Assembly (NCBI RefSeq): GCF_039654945.1
Contig: NW_027361688.1
Location: forward strand, 3,348,001 to 3,412,000
Reading direction: 5' to 3'
Length of the DNA: 64,000 nt
Source of the DNA: Dendrobates tinctorius
Lineage: Eukaryota
Shown here in pieces: positions 13,401 through 27,974 of this stretch (positions are counted from its first letter, which is position 1; the number at the start of each line of letters is the position of its first letter). Both the position numbers and the translations under genes were made by a program. The notes under the pieces are model-generated. The model did not search any database. It was not told the origin of the DNA and saw only the letters and a program-made list of their open reading frames with translations.

Positions 13401-14900
13401 TCCCAGACTCTACCAGGTTAACCCACTGTGCTGTCAGGGAAATGTATCGTCCCTGTACACAAGAACTTGTCCATGTGTCTGTGGTTAGGTGGACCTTCCC
13501 TCTGACAGCGTTGGCCAAAGCACGTCTGATATTATGTAATACGTGCTTATGTAACGCAGGGAAGGCACACCGGGAAAAACAGTGGCGGCTGGGAATCAAA
13601 TACCATGGGGCTGCCACCGCCAAGAGGTCGCGGAAAGACTCTGTTTCCACAAGTCGAAACTGCAACATTTCCAGGGCTAGCAATCTGGCAGTGTGAGTGT
13701 TTAACATTTGGGCCTGTGGGTGGGTGGCTGGATATTTCTGCTTTCTGGTAAACATCTGGGGGCAAGGACAAAGAACTGGACGTAGTTGCTGACTGTTGTG
13801 TTTGTGCAACCGCTGGTTGTGGGCAGGAGGCATTAGCGCCGGCTTCATGGTCAGAAGATTGGGAAAGTCATAACACAGGGGACGGGGCAGTGGTTTCACA
13901 CTCATACACAGATTTGGTACCAAGGCGTTCTGCCCACCTACTGGGGTGTTTGGCTGCCATGTGCTTTTGCATGCTGTTGGTGCTCAGGTTGGTAGTGTTC
14001 TTGCCTCCTTACCTTAGCTTGGTTTGGTAGATGCTGCAAATTACAGTTGTTTTTTCTGAAGGACTTCCAAAAAAAACTGCCATACAGGTGTACAACGCAC
14101 CCTTGGCCTGTTAACTAGCCAAGAAGGGGGACTCTGTGGAACAGTTGACAACATTGTCTCTCTGGTCAAACCACTACCTCTTCTTGCCTGTTTTCTTGAT
14201 ACGGATTCATACCTCTCTGCACTGCTGTGCTCGCTAGGCGTGCCTCCGTGCCATGTTGGATCAGTGGCCTCATCTTCGACCATGTCGTCTTCCAATTCGT
14301 CAATCTGATCCTCCTTCTGAGCTGCACTTTGAGGCTGACCTGATTGCAACTGTGCGTCATGATTATGCTCCACCTCTTCAGACATGAATTCACCTTTTCC
14401 AATGTGGCTTTCTCCTGGCCGTGGGTGCTCAAATGTTTGGGCATCACTGCACTGCACCTCCTCATGACCCTCTTTAATGGTGTACGTTGAGACCTGTCAA
14501 ATTACAAGGGAACGTAAACAGTTCTTCGGAGTGGTCAGCGTTGGGAGTCATAAGTCTCCTAGGACTTTTGATGGTAGGGGAACCAGGTTGAGGATTCAGA
14601 GGCCCAGCTTATTGGCAACTGAGACTGGACCATGTGGAAGACTTGGTGGTGCTGCTTGTCAACACACTGGAGCCTTTGTCTGCCATCCAACCCACAACAT
14701 CCTCGCACTTGTCTGGGTTTCTTAATGGTGTAGCGCGCTTACCGAATTTTAACAGGAATCTAGAACGAGATACAGTCACCTTCGGATCCGTCACAGCCTT
14801 GGCGGGCACCACCACATCCACTTCCCCCTTTCTCATATTGAATGCATTATGCTTATGAAACAAAAAAAATACTAGCTTTATTTTTAACAAGTACCCTCAC
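10470..14900 (-). mobile_element. Decayed hAT (ZBED-like) transposon
   Basis: Terminus TAGTGATGAGCGAATA at 10470; minus-strand fragments VHLTTDTWTS..YISLTAQW, CMVHVLNLVVQRFL, PTHWNS, PVWQFF (BED region); many stops and frameshifts; the other end was not located. Confidence 0.8.
12704..13003 (-). mobile_element. Short Penelope-like remnant interrupting the hAT transposase
   Basis: Breaks the frame after QRFLK; inverted repeat aaaaatggaggatt / aatcctccattttt; hammerhead-like TTGATAA..AAAACGCGTC on minus at ~12833-12883. Confidence 0.5.
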
Positions 14901-16751
14901 AAAGGTCTTATGTACAAATTCACTGTATTTAGCAATGCGTGGCTATTTTTTTGGTGATTGCAGCTTGATTACACTTGGCAACAGCAGACTGACGTGAATT
15001 ACAGGTAAATAGTCACGCTTGCATATCTCTGCAGGCTTTGCACCAGTTGCACAACTGCTATATACTGATATGCTATTTTTTAAACCAATAGAAAATTATG
15101 ATTTTTTCTTAGATCGCCTTGCTGACACATTCCAAATGCTGAGTAATCCATGTCACAGTTGGGGTTATGTTGACCTTTGGCTGCACACGGCTATCACATG
15201 TGCAGGGGGAGCTTATCTTAGTTATCCCACCTCTGTCACAATGTGACGAAAAACAGCAAGCTAGTCGTGCCCTAACAATTTACTGTAGGGGCTATTTTCG
15301 TCATCCCACTGCTGCCACACTAGATCACGAACTGCCGGGATTTATGTATATCCCACTTTTCAGTTCCACTTTGGAACTCGCAGCTCTCTGGCACCCCCCT
15401 TTCCCTCAGGTCAGTCAGAGAACTGCACCTAGGATAATTAGTCGCCGGACGGGCCATGTGATGTTCACTGGCTATCAGGCACGCTGCAGCGAGGGAATTT
15501 AAATGCTTTGGCCGCAGCCACACAATCAGCTTATAAAACCCCTTCCGTCACTCCCAGCTAGCCCACCTAGCCAAAACACACTTCGCTGCCACCAGCTTCC
15601 GATTTTCTCTATTAATATTTAAAATTAATAAAGGGGTATGAAGCCAACCCAAATTAGCAGCATAATTAGCTTATAGGCACGTGAATTCGTCACAGAGCAC
15701 GGAGACGGAACTAATAAATTTTGTATTTACTCCAAAAAGGGTAGGCAGTGTTTACAGAACATATAAAAAGGATTTTACAAAATCTGCGTGCTGTGTCTGT
15801 GCTGATAACAGGCTCTCTGTACAATGTGACTTATCAGAGAATGCTGCGTGCTGCATCTGTGCTGGTCACTTACTCCCCATACAATGTTTGCACAGCATTT
15901 TTGGCTGCATTAGACACTTATTTCTAGTATTTCCACTACTGTACATTGTGGCTAAATTCCATATATTTATTTATTTTTTATCTCTCCACCCATACTGGGG
16001 TCATACTTAGAAGAAAGCTCTTTTGTTTATGTGAAACCAAAGTCAGGGTTCAAAGTAGTGAGAAAAACACAATTCAAAAGAGTGTAAAATGTAAAACTTT
16101 TTTAAGAAGGATTAAATTTAAAAAAAGACATGAACCATAGAGTAAATGGGACTTGTAAGAGGATTCAAAAGGGGATAAAGTCAAGTAGATAAAGGTGGGA
16201 GGGGGTTTTCACAAAAAGTAAAGGATCGCAATGTAGTCTATATCAGACAAAGCAGAGAATACTAATGAACTTCCATGATTCACATAAGAATTTGCATGTA
16301 AGGCATGATACCATAAATCATAGTACAGACTATTAAGACAGTATAGTGACAAAAATAATCAGTCCATCTATATGTACAGTATATCATGCAGTATATAATT
16401 GGAAGACATGTAAAAAAAAGGCTTACTCAGTCCATATGTAATATACAGGTAGTATAGAGCTTACCTTGCATACATCCACCAGTGCCCCGACGCGCGTTTC
16501 ACTATTACGCTTTCTCAAGGGAAGTGTGTCTAATGCAGTCTTGTGTTGCTCTTTTATGTCAGTTAGGTAGGTTTATGAACCAAATGTGCATAGTGCATGG
16601 AACACCATCTCACTGCCACAGGTGCATTCTATTCCGGCACTCACATCCAGTGCGTGTAAGGAGGAAAACCCTCTGTGACGTCATAAACACGAGCCGGTAT
16701 TTGCTAGAGGCCTTCAGAGGTGCAGCAACATATGAATGTATTGGTGTAAAG

Positions 16752-16913
16752 CAGGGTTCCCCAACTCCAGTCCTCAAGGCCCACCAACAGATCATGTTTT
16801 CAGGATTTCCTTAGTATTGCTCAGGTGGTGATTGTTTCACGTGTGCAACACAAAGGAAATCCTGAAAACATGATCTGTTGGTGGGCCTTGAGGACTGGAG
16901 TTGGGGAACCCTG
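16752..16913. mobile_element. hAT MITE, 8-bp TSD GTGTAAAG
   Basis: About 60-bp perfect TIRs CAGGGTTCCCCAACTCCAGTCCTCAAGG...; TSD at 16744-16751 and 16914-16921. Confidence 0.92.
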
Positions 16914-17399
16914 GTGTAAAGTTCCGAGCTTCTTCGTGTCATAGCCTTTTGTGCTTTTTAATCATTTCTATGTGTTTTTTTTGTCTATCTTGTTTGTTAA
17001 TAAACTATTTCTACATATTTTTCTGGTGATCCTTGTCTATACATACTTTTTCTCTTATATATCCTTTTAATAAGGCTTTTTATACAATAGTATATATTAT
17101 GTATTAGTTCTTACATCTATGTGGTAGTTAGAAGAACATACTGTATATTGTATTATAGACAATGCAGATAATAGGACAAGGTAGTTTGTGGGGGTGTAAT
17201 TACACACCTGTCCCACAGGTGTCACTGTTACTCTCTACATTGGGAGTGTTCCGTTCTAGAATTGTGGTAGTCTAAATTCACATTATGGTTCTTCCAGCCC
17301 AGCAGATGGTAAAAGATGGGTCTGTAACCTTCTATAAGACACTTTCTGTAATCTGACCAATCATCCGAATCATCAAATTCCAGGTCAGTTGTGCATGTA

Positions 17400-18608
17400 C
17401 AGTGGGGAAAATAAGTATATGATATATGATGGTCGATTTTGCAAGTTTTCCCAGCTACAAAGAATGGAGAGGTCTGCAATTTTTATCGTAGGTACACTTC
17501 ACCTGTGAGAGACAGAATCTAAAAATAAAATCCAGAAAATCGCGTTGTAAGATTTTTACACCAAGAATTCTGGCTCTCACAGACTTTTTAGCTTTTCTTT
17601 AAGAAGCTTCCTACTCTGCACTCATTACCTGGATTAATTCCACTCGTTTGATCTCATTACCTGTATAAAAGACACTTGTCCACATAATCAATCACACTTC
17701 AACCTATCCACCGTGGCCAAGACCAAAGAGTTGTGTAAGGACACCTGGGACAAAATTGTAGACCTGCACAAGACTGGGATGGGTGGGCTTCAGGACAATA
17801 GGCGAGCAGCTTGGTGAGAAGGCAACAACTGTTGGCACAATTATTAGAATATGGAAGAAACACAAGATGACTGTCAGTCTTCGTCAGTCTGGGGCTCCAT
17901 GCAAGATCTCGCCTCATGAGCTAAGGATGATTCTGGGAAAGGTCAGGAATCAGCCCAGAACTACACGGGAGTTAGTAACACACTGCGCCGTCATGCATTA
18001 AAATCCTGCAGGACACGCAAGGTCCCCCGCTCATACCAGCACATAAACAGGCCTGTTTGAAGTTCACCAATGACCATCTGCATGATCCAGATGAGGCATG
18101 GGAGAAAGTCATGTGGTCAGATGAGACCAAAATAGAACTTTTTGGTATCAACTTCACTGACTGTGTTTGGACGAAGAGGAAGGATGAGTACAACTCAAAG
18201 AACACCATCATAACCGTGAAGCATGGTGGGGAACACATCATACTTTGGGAGTGCTTTTCTCCAAAGGGAATAGCATGACTGCACCGTATTAAAGGGAGGA
18301 TGGATGGGGCAATGTATCGTCGCAAGATTTTGGCCAACAACTTCCTTCCCTCAGTAAGAGCATTGAAGATGGGTCGTGGCTAGGTCTTCCAGCATGACAA
18401 TGACCCGAAACACACAGCCAGGACAACTAAGTAGTGACTCAATAAGAAGCATTTCAAGGTCCTGGAGTGGCCTAGCCAGTCTCCAAACCTGACCCCAATA
18501 GTAAATCTTTGGAGGGAGCTGAAACTCAATGTTGGCCAGTGACATCCTCGAAACCTGAAAGCAGGGCCAAAATCCCTGCTTACAGTGTGTGCAAACTTGG
18601 TCAAGAAC
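17400..18608 (+). mobile_element. Tc1-like transposon, 3'-truncated, decayed transposase
   Basis: TA|CAGTGGGGAAAATAAGTAT start; AKTKEL.., [39 protein letters not shown] motifs; the empty site is visible in the paralogous block at 39541. Confidence 0.9.
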
Positions 18609-20528
18609 TTTTGTTGTGAATCAAAAGTACTTCTTAGTTTTGTGTTGCATTAAAATGTTATGTATAATACCACACTTATTTCTTCCCACACTGATCTTCA
18701 GTGCAATGCTGTCACACACTATCTGCATAGTTTATTCAGTGTGTAATGACTTTATCTCCCTTTTTCTTTTTGTTAGTGCATTTTATTCAGTAATCTAGAT
18801 CTTGTGTTTGCATACATCTTGGTCCTTACTGAGCACTGCTGTGCCCATTTTTTGTATGTAGGCAATAAGCTGTGGCGACACAGCGTTTAATCTTAATTAT
18901 CCAGACTTCTACTTTCAGTTGGTCAAGACACATAGACTATTATTCATAAGCCTGAATGTTGACTCTAGAATTGATGCATTTTTTTGGTAGTTCAAGAATC
19001 ATAGACTATTGTTAGAACATTTGACTTTTGAATAGTTTTTTTTCTATATTGGTGAATGGGGGCTGCTTCTATGGGCTCCTACAGAGTATTGTCCACTATC
19101 TTTTCAAGACAGAGACATAGGGTAATTGAACAATAGATGTGTGTTAATATGTTGATTACACATTGTTATCAGGCCAGCTAGTTTGTTGACCTGTAAACAG
19201 AGAAGGTCTAAATATGCAAACAATGTGAGTTAATCTCTTCACACCTTCTACTTGACCTGTGGATGATGACCTGAACCACAGATGTAGGTATGAAAATGGA
19301 TTTACTTTCTTTCTGCAAAAAGAGAGTGATTTGACAGAACAACAGCCAGGACACAATGACTCCATAAGGAAACACTCTACAAGGACAACATGGCTACATC
19401 AAGAGGGACACAGATTTGACATTCTGCAGGATGTCAGCTCAGGGGACCACAGACCCAGCTGAAAGGATAGAGATTTGCTCCATTGAATATCACTGAATCT
19501 ATGAAAATGTTTGGAGAAGCCAGGTTGTGACCCTCTGGTCACCTGGGTCCCATGGATACATTGGGGGAGCTATGATTGTGACTCTCTGGCCACCTGACAC
19601 AATGGATACATTTGGAGAAGCCAGGTTGGGACCATCCCGTCACCTGGCTTCTCCATAGAGACATTGGGAGAAGCCAGATTGGGACCCTACATTCGCTTGG
19701 ACATGTGTCTCAATGGACTGTCAGCTCCAAAGCTTGTAGTTACTTCCTCTCTATGGGTGCCCACCAAAATCGGGATGCCACTGGTGGCAGTTGGTCCTGG
19801 AAGCACCGATGTCGCAGCTCTGTTGTTTTTGAGAGCATATTAGTGTGATTTATATTTTACTTTATCCCTGTACGTATTTCCTTATTAGTCTGGCTCGTGT
19901 ATTTTCATACACTACTAATACCCACTTCCCTGAGTGGGGAATGGAACAGATTAAGGGTGGATTCAGCAGCTCAGCAAGGTGCGTGGCCACAATGTCTTCA
20001 CCATTGCAAGTAATTTGGGGAGTAGTAATGGCTAAAGGGACCCATAGCGCTAGTGACATGGAAGGAGCCACTGCCCCTAGATATCCCACAACAGCATCAT
20101 TACAAAGCTGACCTTGGGGAGACTCTCCCATCATGATATCTTGATACTGATGATGCTGTTTTGTTTTATTTGCTTCTATTCATATATCATATTTAAAGGC
20201 AGAGTAGTAAAACTAAAACTTACATGGTGAAAATCAACAGAAAAGAGTGTTTTAAATTAAAATAATTAAAGACAGATTCATATAAATTTAAAGATGTTTA
20301 AAAAGCTAAGGGACTGCTATGGGCACGATCACAGATGCCACTACAGATTCTCATCTATTTGACAACCACATGAAATACTGAAAACAATTAAATTGATACT
20401 GTGTTGTTCAAAATGTTAAAAATATTTAAGGTATTGAATTACATCATTAGTTTTTTATTAGTTAAAGGGGTATTGGCAAAACTTTTAAACAGTTGACACC
20501 TTCAAAGTAAATAGGACATAAAATGTAC

Positions 20529-20534
20529 TTTATT
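20529..20534 (-). terminator. Probable polyadenylation signal of AKR-A
   Basis: AATAAA on the minus strand about 270 nt after the stop codon. Confidence 0.45.
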
Positions 20535-20805
20535 GCAATATACAGAAAAATGTTTTACTCTTGGCTTAGAACACAAAGAGATATTGCTGTGGAACTGCAA
20601 TATCTGAACTCAACCTTAGAATTTCTTATTAGGTGTTAAAGTTTATCTATGTGCTGTCATTTCAAATCTGAGCCATAATAAGAGCTACACCAAAGTCAGA
20701 ATCCATATCATAGATCATATATTCTCTGTAGATCACAATCTGCTAGACCAAGAAACCAAGACACAGAGGTTAATAGGATGAATCCAGAGAAATTGGTCAA
20801 TGTTC

Positions 20806-23800
20806 TTAGTATTCATCGTGATATGGATACTTGGGGCTTTCTTTCCAACTAAAATAAAAAAATAGAATATAAAAGTAAAGTAAGTACATAAAATGAAAGA
20901 TAATAAAAATACGTTAAAATATAATTTAATAAATAAAAATAGATAAAAGTAAATATAAAGAAAGAAATCTGAATATTTTTTTTCTTGGAAGGCAGAACGT
21001 CAGGAAAGACACTTACGCATCGATAATTAGGTAACGCATGTTTTTATTGACTCCATCTAGAGATTTCATGTCTTCATCATTTAACTCAAAGTCAAAAACC
21101 TGTAAGTGAAAAGTAATAAAAAATATAGATTATTTTTACGGTGAAGGAAATTATTCAAATTTTATTTTCTTCATTTACCTGGAAGTTTTGCTTGATCCTC
21201 TCAGGGCTGAAGCTTTTTGCCAAGACGACACATCCCCTCTGTAGCAAATATCTCATGGCCACCTGCGCAGGAGAGCGGCTCAGCTTCTTAGCGACTGTAT
21301 TTAAAACGGGGTCTTCAAGCACTTTGGGGGAATTCTGATCAATCCTGTCAGAAAGAAAATAAAATAAATCTTATACTTTTCCTAAAATTTTGGCAAAGGG
21401 ATAGGCAACAAGAACGTAGGGGACAATATTATATTAGTTATATTCTTGTACATATGGGCAGTATTATAGTAGTTATATTCTTGTACATAGGGGGCAGTAT
21501 TATAGTAGTTATATTCTTGTACATAGGGGCAGAATTATAGTAGTTATATTCTTGTACATAGGAGCAGTATTATAGTAGTTATATTCTTGTACATAGGGAG
21601 CAGTATTATAGTATATTCTTGTACATAGGGGCAGTATTATAGTAGTTATATTCTTGTCCATAGGGGCAGTATTATAGTAGTTATATTCTTGCACATAGGG
21701 AGCAGTATTATAGTAGTTATATTCTTGTACATAGGGGCAGTATTATAGTAGTTATATTCTTGTACATAGGGGCAGTATTATAGTAGTTATATTCTTGTAC
21801 ATAGGGGGCAGTATTATAGTAGTTATATTCTTGTACATAGGGGCAGAATTATAGTAGTTATATTCTTGTACATAGGAGCAGTATTATAGTAGTTATATTC
21901 TTGTACATAGGGAGCAGTATTATAGTATATTCTTGTACATAGGGGCAGTATTATAGTAGTTATATTCTTGTCCATAGGGGCAGTATTATAGTAGTTATAT
22001 TCGAGCTCATAGGGAGCAGTATTATAGTAGTTATATTCTTGTACATAGGGGCAGTATTATAGTAGTTATATTCTTGTACATAGGGGCAGTATTATAGTAG
22101 TTATATTCTTGTACATAGGGGCAGTATTATAGTAGTTATATTCTTGTATATAGGGGCAGTATTATAGTAGTTATATTCTTGTACATAGGGGCAGTATTAT
22201 AGTAGTTATATTCTTGTACATAGGGGCAGTATTATAGTAGTTATATTCTTGTACATAGGGGCAGTATTATAGTAGTTATATTCTTGTACTCTTGTACATA
22301 GGGGCAGTATTATAGTAGTTATATTCTTGTACATAGGAGCAGTATTATAGTAGTTATATTCCTGTACATAGGGGGCAGTATTATAGTTGTTAGATTCTTG
22401 TGCATAGGGGCAGTATTATAGTAGTTATATTCTTGTATATAGGGGCAGTATTATAGTAGTTATATTCTTGTACATAGGGGCAGTATTATAGTAGTTATAT
22501 TCTTGTACATAGGAGCAGTATTATAGTAGTTATATTCTTGTACATAGGAGCAGTATTATAGTAGTTATATTCTTGTACATAGGGAGCAGTATTATAGTAG
22601 TTATATTCTTGTATATAGGGGCAGTATTATAGTAGTTATATTCTTGTACATAGGGGCAGAATTATAGTAGTTATATTCTTGTACATAGGAGCAGTATTAT
22701 AGTAGTTATATTCTTGTACATAGGGAGCAGTATTATAGTAGTTATATTCTTGTACATAGGGGCAGTATTATAGTAGTTATATTCTTGTACATAGGGGCAG
22801 TATTATAGTAGTTATATTCTTGTACATAGGGGCAGTATTATAGTAGTTATATTCTTGTATATAGGGGCAGTATTATAGTAGTTATATTCTGGAAAATAGG
22901 AGCAGTATTATAGTAGTTATATTCTTGTACATAGGGGCAGTATTATAGTAGTTATATTCTTGTATATAGGGGGCAGTATTATAGTAGTTATATTCTTGTA
23001 CATAGGGGCAGTATTATAGTAGTTATATTCTTGTACATAGGGGCAGTATTATAGTAGTTATATTCTTGTACATAGGGGCAGTATTATAGTAGTTATATTC
23101 TTGTACATAGGGGCAGTATTATAGTAGTTATATTCTTGTACTCTTGTACATAGGGGCAGTATTATAGTAGTTATATTCTTGTACATAGGAGCAGTATTAT
23201 AGTAGTTATATTCCTGTACATAAGGGGCAGTATTATAGTAGTTATATTCTTGTACATAGGGGCAGTATTATAGTAGTTATATTCTTGTACATAGGGGCAG
23301 TATTATAGTAGTTATATTCTTGTACATAGGGGCAGTATTATAGTAGATATATTCTTGTATATAGGGGCAGTATTATAGTAGTTATATTCTGGAAAATAGG
23401 GGCAGTATTATAGTAGTTATATTCTTGTACATATGGAGCAGTATTATAGTAGTTATATTCTTGTACATAGGAGCAGTATTATAGTAGTTATATTCTTGTA
23501 CATAGGGGCAGTATTATAGTAGTTATATTCTGTACATAGGGGGCAGTATTATAGTAGTTATATTCTTGTACATAGGGGGCAGTATTATAGTAGTTATATT
23601 CTTGTACATAGGGAGCAGTATTACAGTAGTTATATTCTTGTACATAGGAGCAGTATTATAGTAGTTATATTCTTGTACATAGGGGCAGTATTATAGTAGT
23701 TATATTCTGTACATAGGGGGCAGTATTATAGTAGTTATATTCTTGTACATAGGGAGCAGTATTATAGTAGTTATATTCTTGTACATAGGGGCAGTATTAT

Positions 23801-26800
23801 AGTAGTTATATTCTGTACATAGGGGGCAGTATTATAGTAGTTATATTCTTGTACATAGGGAGCAGTATTATAGTAGTTATATTCTTGTACATAGGAGCAG
23901 TATTATAGTAGTTATATTCTTGTACATAGGGGCAGTATTATAGTAGTTATATTCTTGTACATAGGGGCAGTATTATAGTAGTTATATTCTTGTACATAGG
24001 GGCAGTATTATAGTAGTTATATTCTTGTACATAGGGAGCAGTATTATAGTAGTATATTCTTGTACATAGGAGCAGTATTATAGTAGCTATATTCTTGTAC
24101 ATAGGGGCAGTATTATAGTAGTTATATTCTGTACATAGGGGGCAGTATTATAGTAGTTATATTCTTGTACATAGGGGGCAGTATTATAGTAGTTATATTC
24201 TTGTACATAGGGAGCAGTATTATAGTAGTTATATTCTTGTACATAGGAGCAGTATTATAGTAGTTATATTCTTGTACATAGGGGCAGTATTATAGTAGTT
24301 ATATTCTTGTACATAGGGGCAGTATTATAGTAGTTATTTTCTTGTACATAGGAGCAGTATTATAATAGTTATATTCTTGTACATAGGGGCAGTATTATAG
24401 TAGTTATATTCTTGTACATATGGGCAGTATTATAGTAGTTATATTCTTGTACATAGGAGCAGTATTATAGTAGTTATATTCTTGTACATAGAGGCAGTAT
24501 TATAGTAGTGATATTCTTGTACATAGTTGGCAGCATTATAGTACTTATATTCTTGTACATAGGGGGCAGTATTACAGTACTTATATTCTTGTACATATGG
24601 GCAGTATTATAGTAGTTATATTCTTGTACATAGGGAGCAGTATTATAGTAGTCATATTCCTGTATATAGGGGCATAATTATAGTAGTTATATACTTGAAC
24701 ATAGGGGCAGTATTATAGTAGTTATATTCTTGTACATAGGGGCAGTATTATAGTACTTATATTCTTGTACATAGGGGGCAGTATTACAGTACTTATATTC
24801 TTGTACATATGGGCAGTATTATAGTAGTTATATTCTTGTACATAGGGAGCAGTTTTATAGTAGTCATATTCCTGTATATAGGGGCAGTATTATAGTAGTT
24901 ATATACTTGAACATAGGGGCAGTATTATAGTAGTTATATTCTTGTACATAGGGGACAGTAGTATAGTAGTTATATTCTTGTACATAGGGAGCAGTATTAT
25001 AGTAGTCATATTCCTGTATATAGGGGCAGTATTATAGTAGTTATATTCTTGTACATAGGAGCAGTATTATAGTAGTTATATTCTTGTACATAAGGGGCAG
25101 TATTATAGTACTTATATTCTTGTACATAGGGGGCAGTATTATACTAGTTATATTCTTGTACATAGGGGGCAGTATTATAGTACTTATATTCTTGTACATA
25201 GTGTAAGGCAGATCTCACTGAGTGCATTGGGGAGCGCCCGCTTGGCAGCGCTATAACATACAGGAAGACTCAATTTCCTTAAAAGTTCTCCTGGGTTTAT
25301 TGCTCCATATTTCTAGCAGCGCAAACGCAGAGTAGTCAGCCTTTAGGTCCAACATAAAATAATAACGTCCATAATCAGGGCTTTGCTCCCTCAGACCTTG
25401 TTCACACACAGGCCAGGGCAATGTCCATTAAACACTCAGTTCCATAGGACAGTACAGTCTCTTACTGACCGAGGACAGTGCCACTCACGGTTGTCCGACC
25501 GTCCACTCTGGAGGTATCTCACAGACCTCTTCCTCTGGTTCAGGAAAGCCAGCGCTGCTTCCCCAGGCTGTGCGATATCCAGCAAGCAGGGTTGGCCAGG
25601 AGCCACACACACAGGAGACCTTCTACCTCCCAGGTCACAGACAACCCTGCCAGTCATTGTTTCTGCATCACCACAGGGGGAACGGCTGTATGCATGACCT
25701 GGGGAGCCCACGTAGCGCCCCCTAGCTGTCAGAGGGGTTACTGCATTACAATAGGAGCAGTATTACAGTAGTTATATTTATAGATTTGCCTTTTTCTAGG
25801 ACACCATCAGATATAATAAAACAATGTTCTTGCTCTTACGCGCCCTTTGTTCTGCTGGACCCCAGTACGCTGTATCCGACCAGCACGATCTTATGAGATT
25901 TGCAGAACTCCAGTAATTTGCTCTGATTGAGGAATATGTGACATTCTACCTGTGCAGAGATATAATGGTTCATTACTGTATATAAAAGTGCGGATGATCT
26001 GCAATAATTTAAAGAACATTTCACTGTAAACAACATATCTGCTTATTTTCCAGAAACAGCGCCACAACTGTCTATGGGTTATATCTGGTATTACAGCTCC
26101 ATTAATGTGAAAGGAGCTGTGCTGCAATACCACACACAACCTGTAAGGAAGATTGGCACTTTTTCTCATTTTTTATCTGTGATTGATCCTTACTGGTCGG
26201 TGACATGTACCTGGTTGCACACTGGTTTGTACTTGAGTCCTGGCATGTTGAGAATCAGCTCCAGTTGCCGACGGTTAAAATTGGAGACTCCGATGGATCG
26301 GACGAGGCCGGCGTCTCTGCACGCTTCCATAGCCTAGAGGTTATGGTAAGATAATCTGGGAGATGCTCCATCCGAAAATGGGAATCTTACCCCGTATGGA
26401 GGAGAAGTCATTCTGCCCGGAGTCACCCATAATCTTATATATAATTTACCTTCCATGTTTCTCGGATATCTGTGTTATGGAAAGCCAATTTCCCATTTTC
26501 GTCTGTGGGAAAGAGATCATCTCCGGGCTGGATGGAGAGAAAAAAAAGAATTCACATATAATGTCTTCTGCTCTGATCTGATTGGGAGCCACGATCGATC
26601 CCACACACATATCCAGAAACCTTAAACTCCACTGGGGTGTGGATCAGGAAGAGATCCATGTAATCCAGCTGCAGATCCTTCAGAGATTTCTCCAGCCCGA
26701 GTCGGACCCTCTCGGGAGTGTGGTTATTGCCCCAAAGCTACAAAATATATTAAAAACCTGTAATAGCTCATCATCGCCACCTAGTGGTCATGTTAAAGTG

Positions 26801-27259
26801 AAAAAGATTATTTTGATAGGTCACCTTCCCAGTGTAAAAAATGTCTTCCCTCTTCACAGTCCCATCCGCAATCTTTGATCTAATGGCTTGGCCGACCTGG
26901 ACCTCATTCCTGTATATTAAGGCGCAGTCGATGTGGCGGTATCCGACCTCAATGGCGACCTTGGTGCTCTCACCGGCCTGTTCTTTGGTGTACTGTGCAG
27001 AATAAGATGACATTTTTATGGATCTCAATGCTTCCTTGTGAAATAAATAACGCATAGAGTGATGGCACGGTGTTCCAAATAGTGAAACATTGTGGTGGCG
27101 AGAGACCGGCAGTAATGCCGCTTTGCTTTGGATTCAGTAGTGCAGCCGCTACTTTATGTCTGATGCACTCACCGTGTCCGGGGCGTAGGTGCCAAATCCG
27201 ATCACTGGCATTTTATTCCCATCGTTCAGCACCACGTAGGAGTCCGGCTTCAGAGCCAT
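20806..27259 (-). CDS. Aldo-keto reductase family 1 (AKR1C / rho-crystallin / prostaglandin F synthase-like), intact, 9 exons, 324 aa (AKR-A)
   Basis: Exons (minus): 27259-27173 (87), 26992-26825 (168), 26737-26621 (117), 26527-26450 (78), 26333-26211 (123), 25949-25840 (110), 21344-21179 (166), 21099-21017 (83), 20848-20806 (43) = 975 nt. All introns are GT-AG and exon sizes match the AKR1 pattern. Protein: [27 protein letters not shown]...[11 protein letters not shown]...FYTGKLW...LFLIHTP...SIGVSNFN...VCNQVECH...LAKSF...YPYHDEY. Catalytic tetrad D51/Y56/K85/H118 is present. Confidence 0.95.
21430..25201. repeat. 35-36-bp minisatellite array in AKR-A intron 6 (about 105 copies)
   Basis: Unit cagtattatagtagttatattcttgtacatagggg. 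Confidence 0.97.
25202..25750 (-). mobile_element. Solo LTR in the minisatellite, 4-bp TSD ATAG
   Basis: TGTAAGGCA...TGCATTACA; atag on both sides; one more minisatellite unit follows. Confidence 0.7.
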
Positions 27260-27304
27260 GGTGTAATGTGTCCCAGTGTCTCGCAGAGCACAAGGTGCTG
27301 CCTG

Positions 27305-27311
27305 TATTTAT
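27305..27311 (-). promoter_or_regulatory. TATA-like element of AKR-A
   Basis: ATAAATA on the minus strand about 46 nt upstream of the ATG. Confidence 0.5.
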
Positions 27312-27529
27312 CTGGTCCTTCCCCTACCGTACCGCCCGTCCCAAAGGTCAGTGAAGGCGGACGCCTATTCGTCACGGATTCTACATTGTCATTGCTTAAC
27401 ACCTACATATGGGATGGGAAAAACGTGAATGAAGGGAGAGGTCACAGAGAAACTCTAGAAGGCTGTGTCTTCACGATTGCTTCATAAGAAGTGAACTAGA
27501 AAAAATACATAAAGGGGAAAAGTTCCCTC

Positions 27530-27974
27530 TTGATCCCAAGCGACCATCAGAATGGATGATCACTTATAATCCCAAGTGTGGATGAGATAAGATCAATGTT
27601 GATGTTTCCGAGTATCGATCAAACTGGAACCACACGATCCAGAGTGTCAATCAGACCGGATCACCAACCAGGATCAGTGTCGATTGGAAAGAATGAACTT
27701 TAGTAATTCCGTTTGTGAATCACATCAAATCGTCATCCTGGAATCCTAAGCTTCGATCATAGCAGTCATGATCCAGAGTGTCTATCAGACCGGATCGATA
27801 ATCACGTGATATCCTGAGAGTCGATCAGATCAATTTTCATATTTCCGAGAGTCGATCAGTCCGGATCAACATTTAAAATCCCAAGTGTTTATAATATTCA
27901 TAATCCCTAGTGTCGATGAGACTGAATCAAAATGAATAAACCCGAGTCTGGATCAAAGCGGATCAACAGTCATG
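27530..27974. repeat. Degenerate ~36-bp GATC-rich repeat upstream of AKR-A (continues at 37126-37290 and 37835-38680)
   Basis: Same consensus as 190-530 and 9610-10340. Confidence 0.8.

Noticed and set aside
17228-17479. Minus-strand ORF also open in the paralogous block (39371-39652)
   Set aside because: Differences between the copies are mostly nonsynonymous, the start of one copy comes from Tc1, and there is no recognisable domain
21430-25201. Regularly spaced repeats resembling a CRISPR array
   Set aside because: No unique spacers; eukaryotic intronic minisatellite
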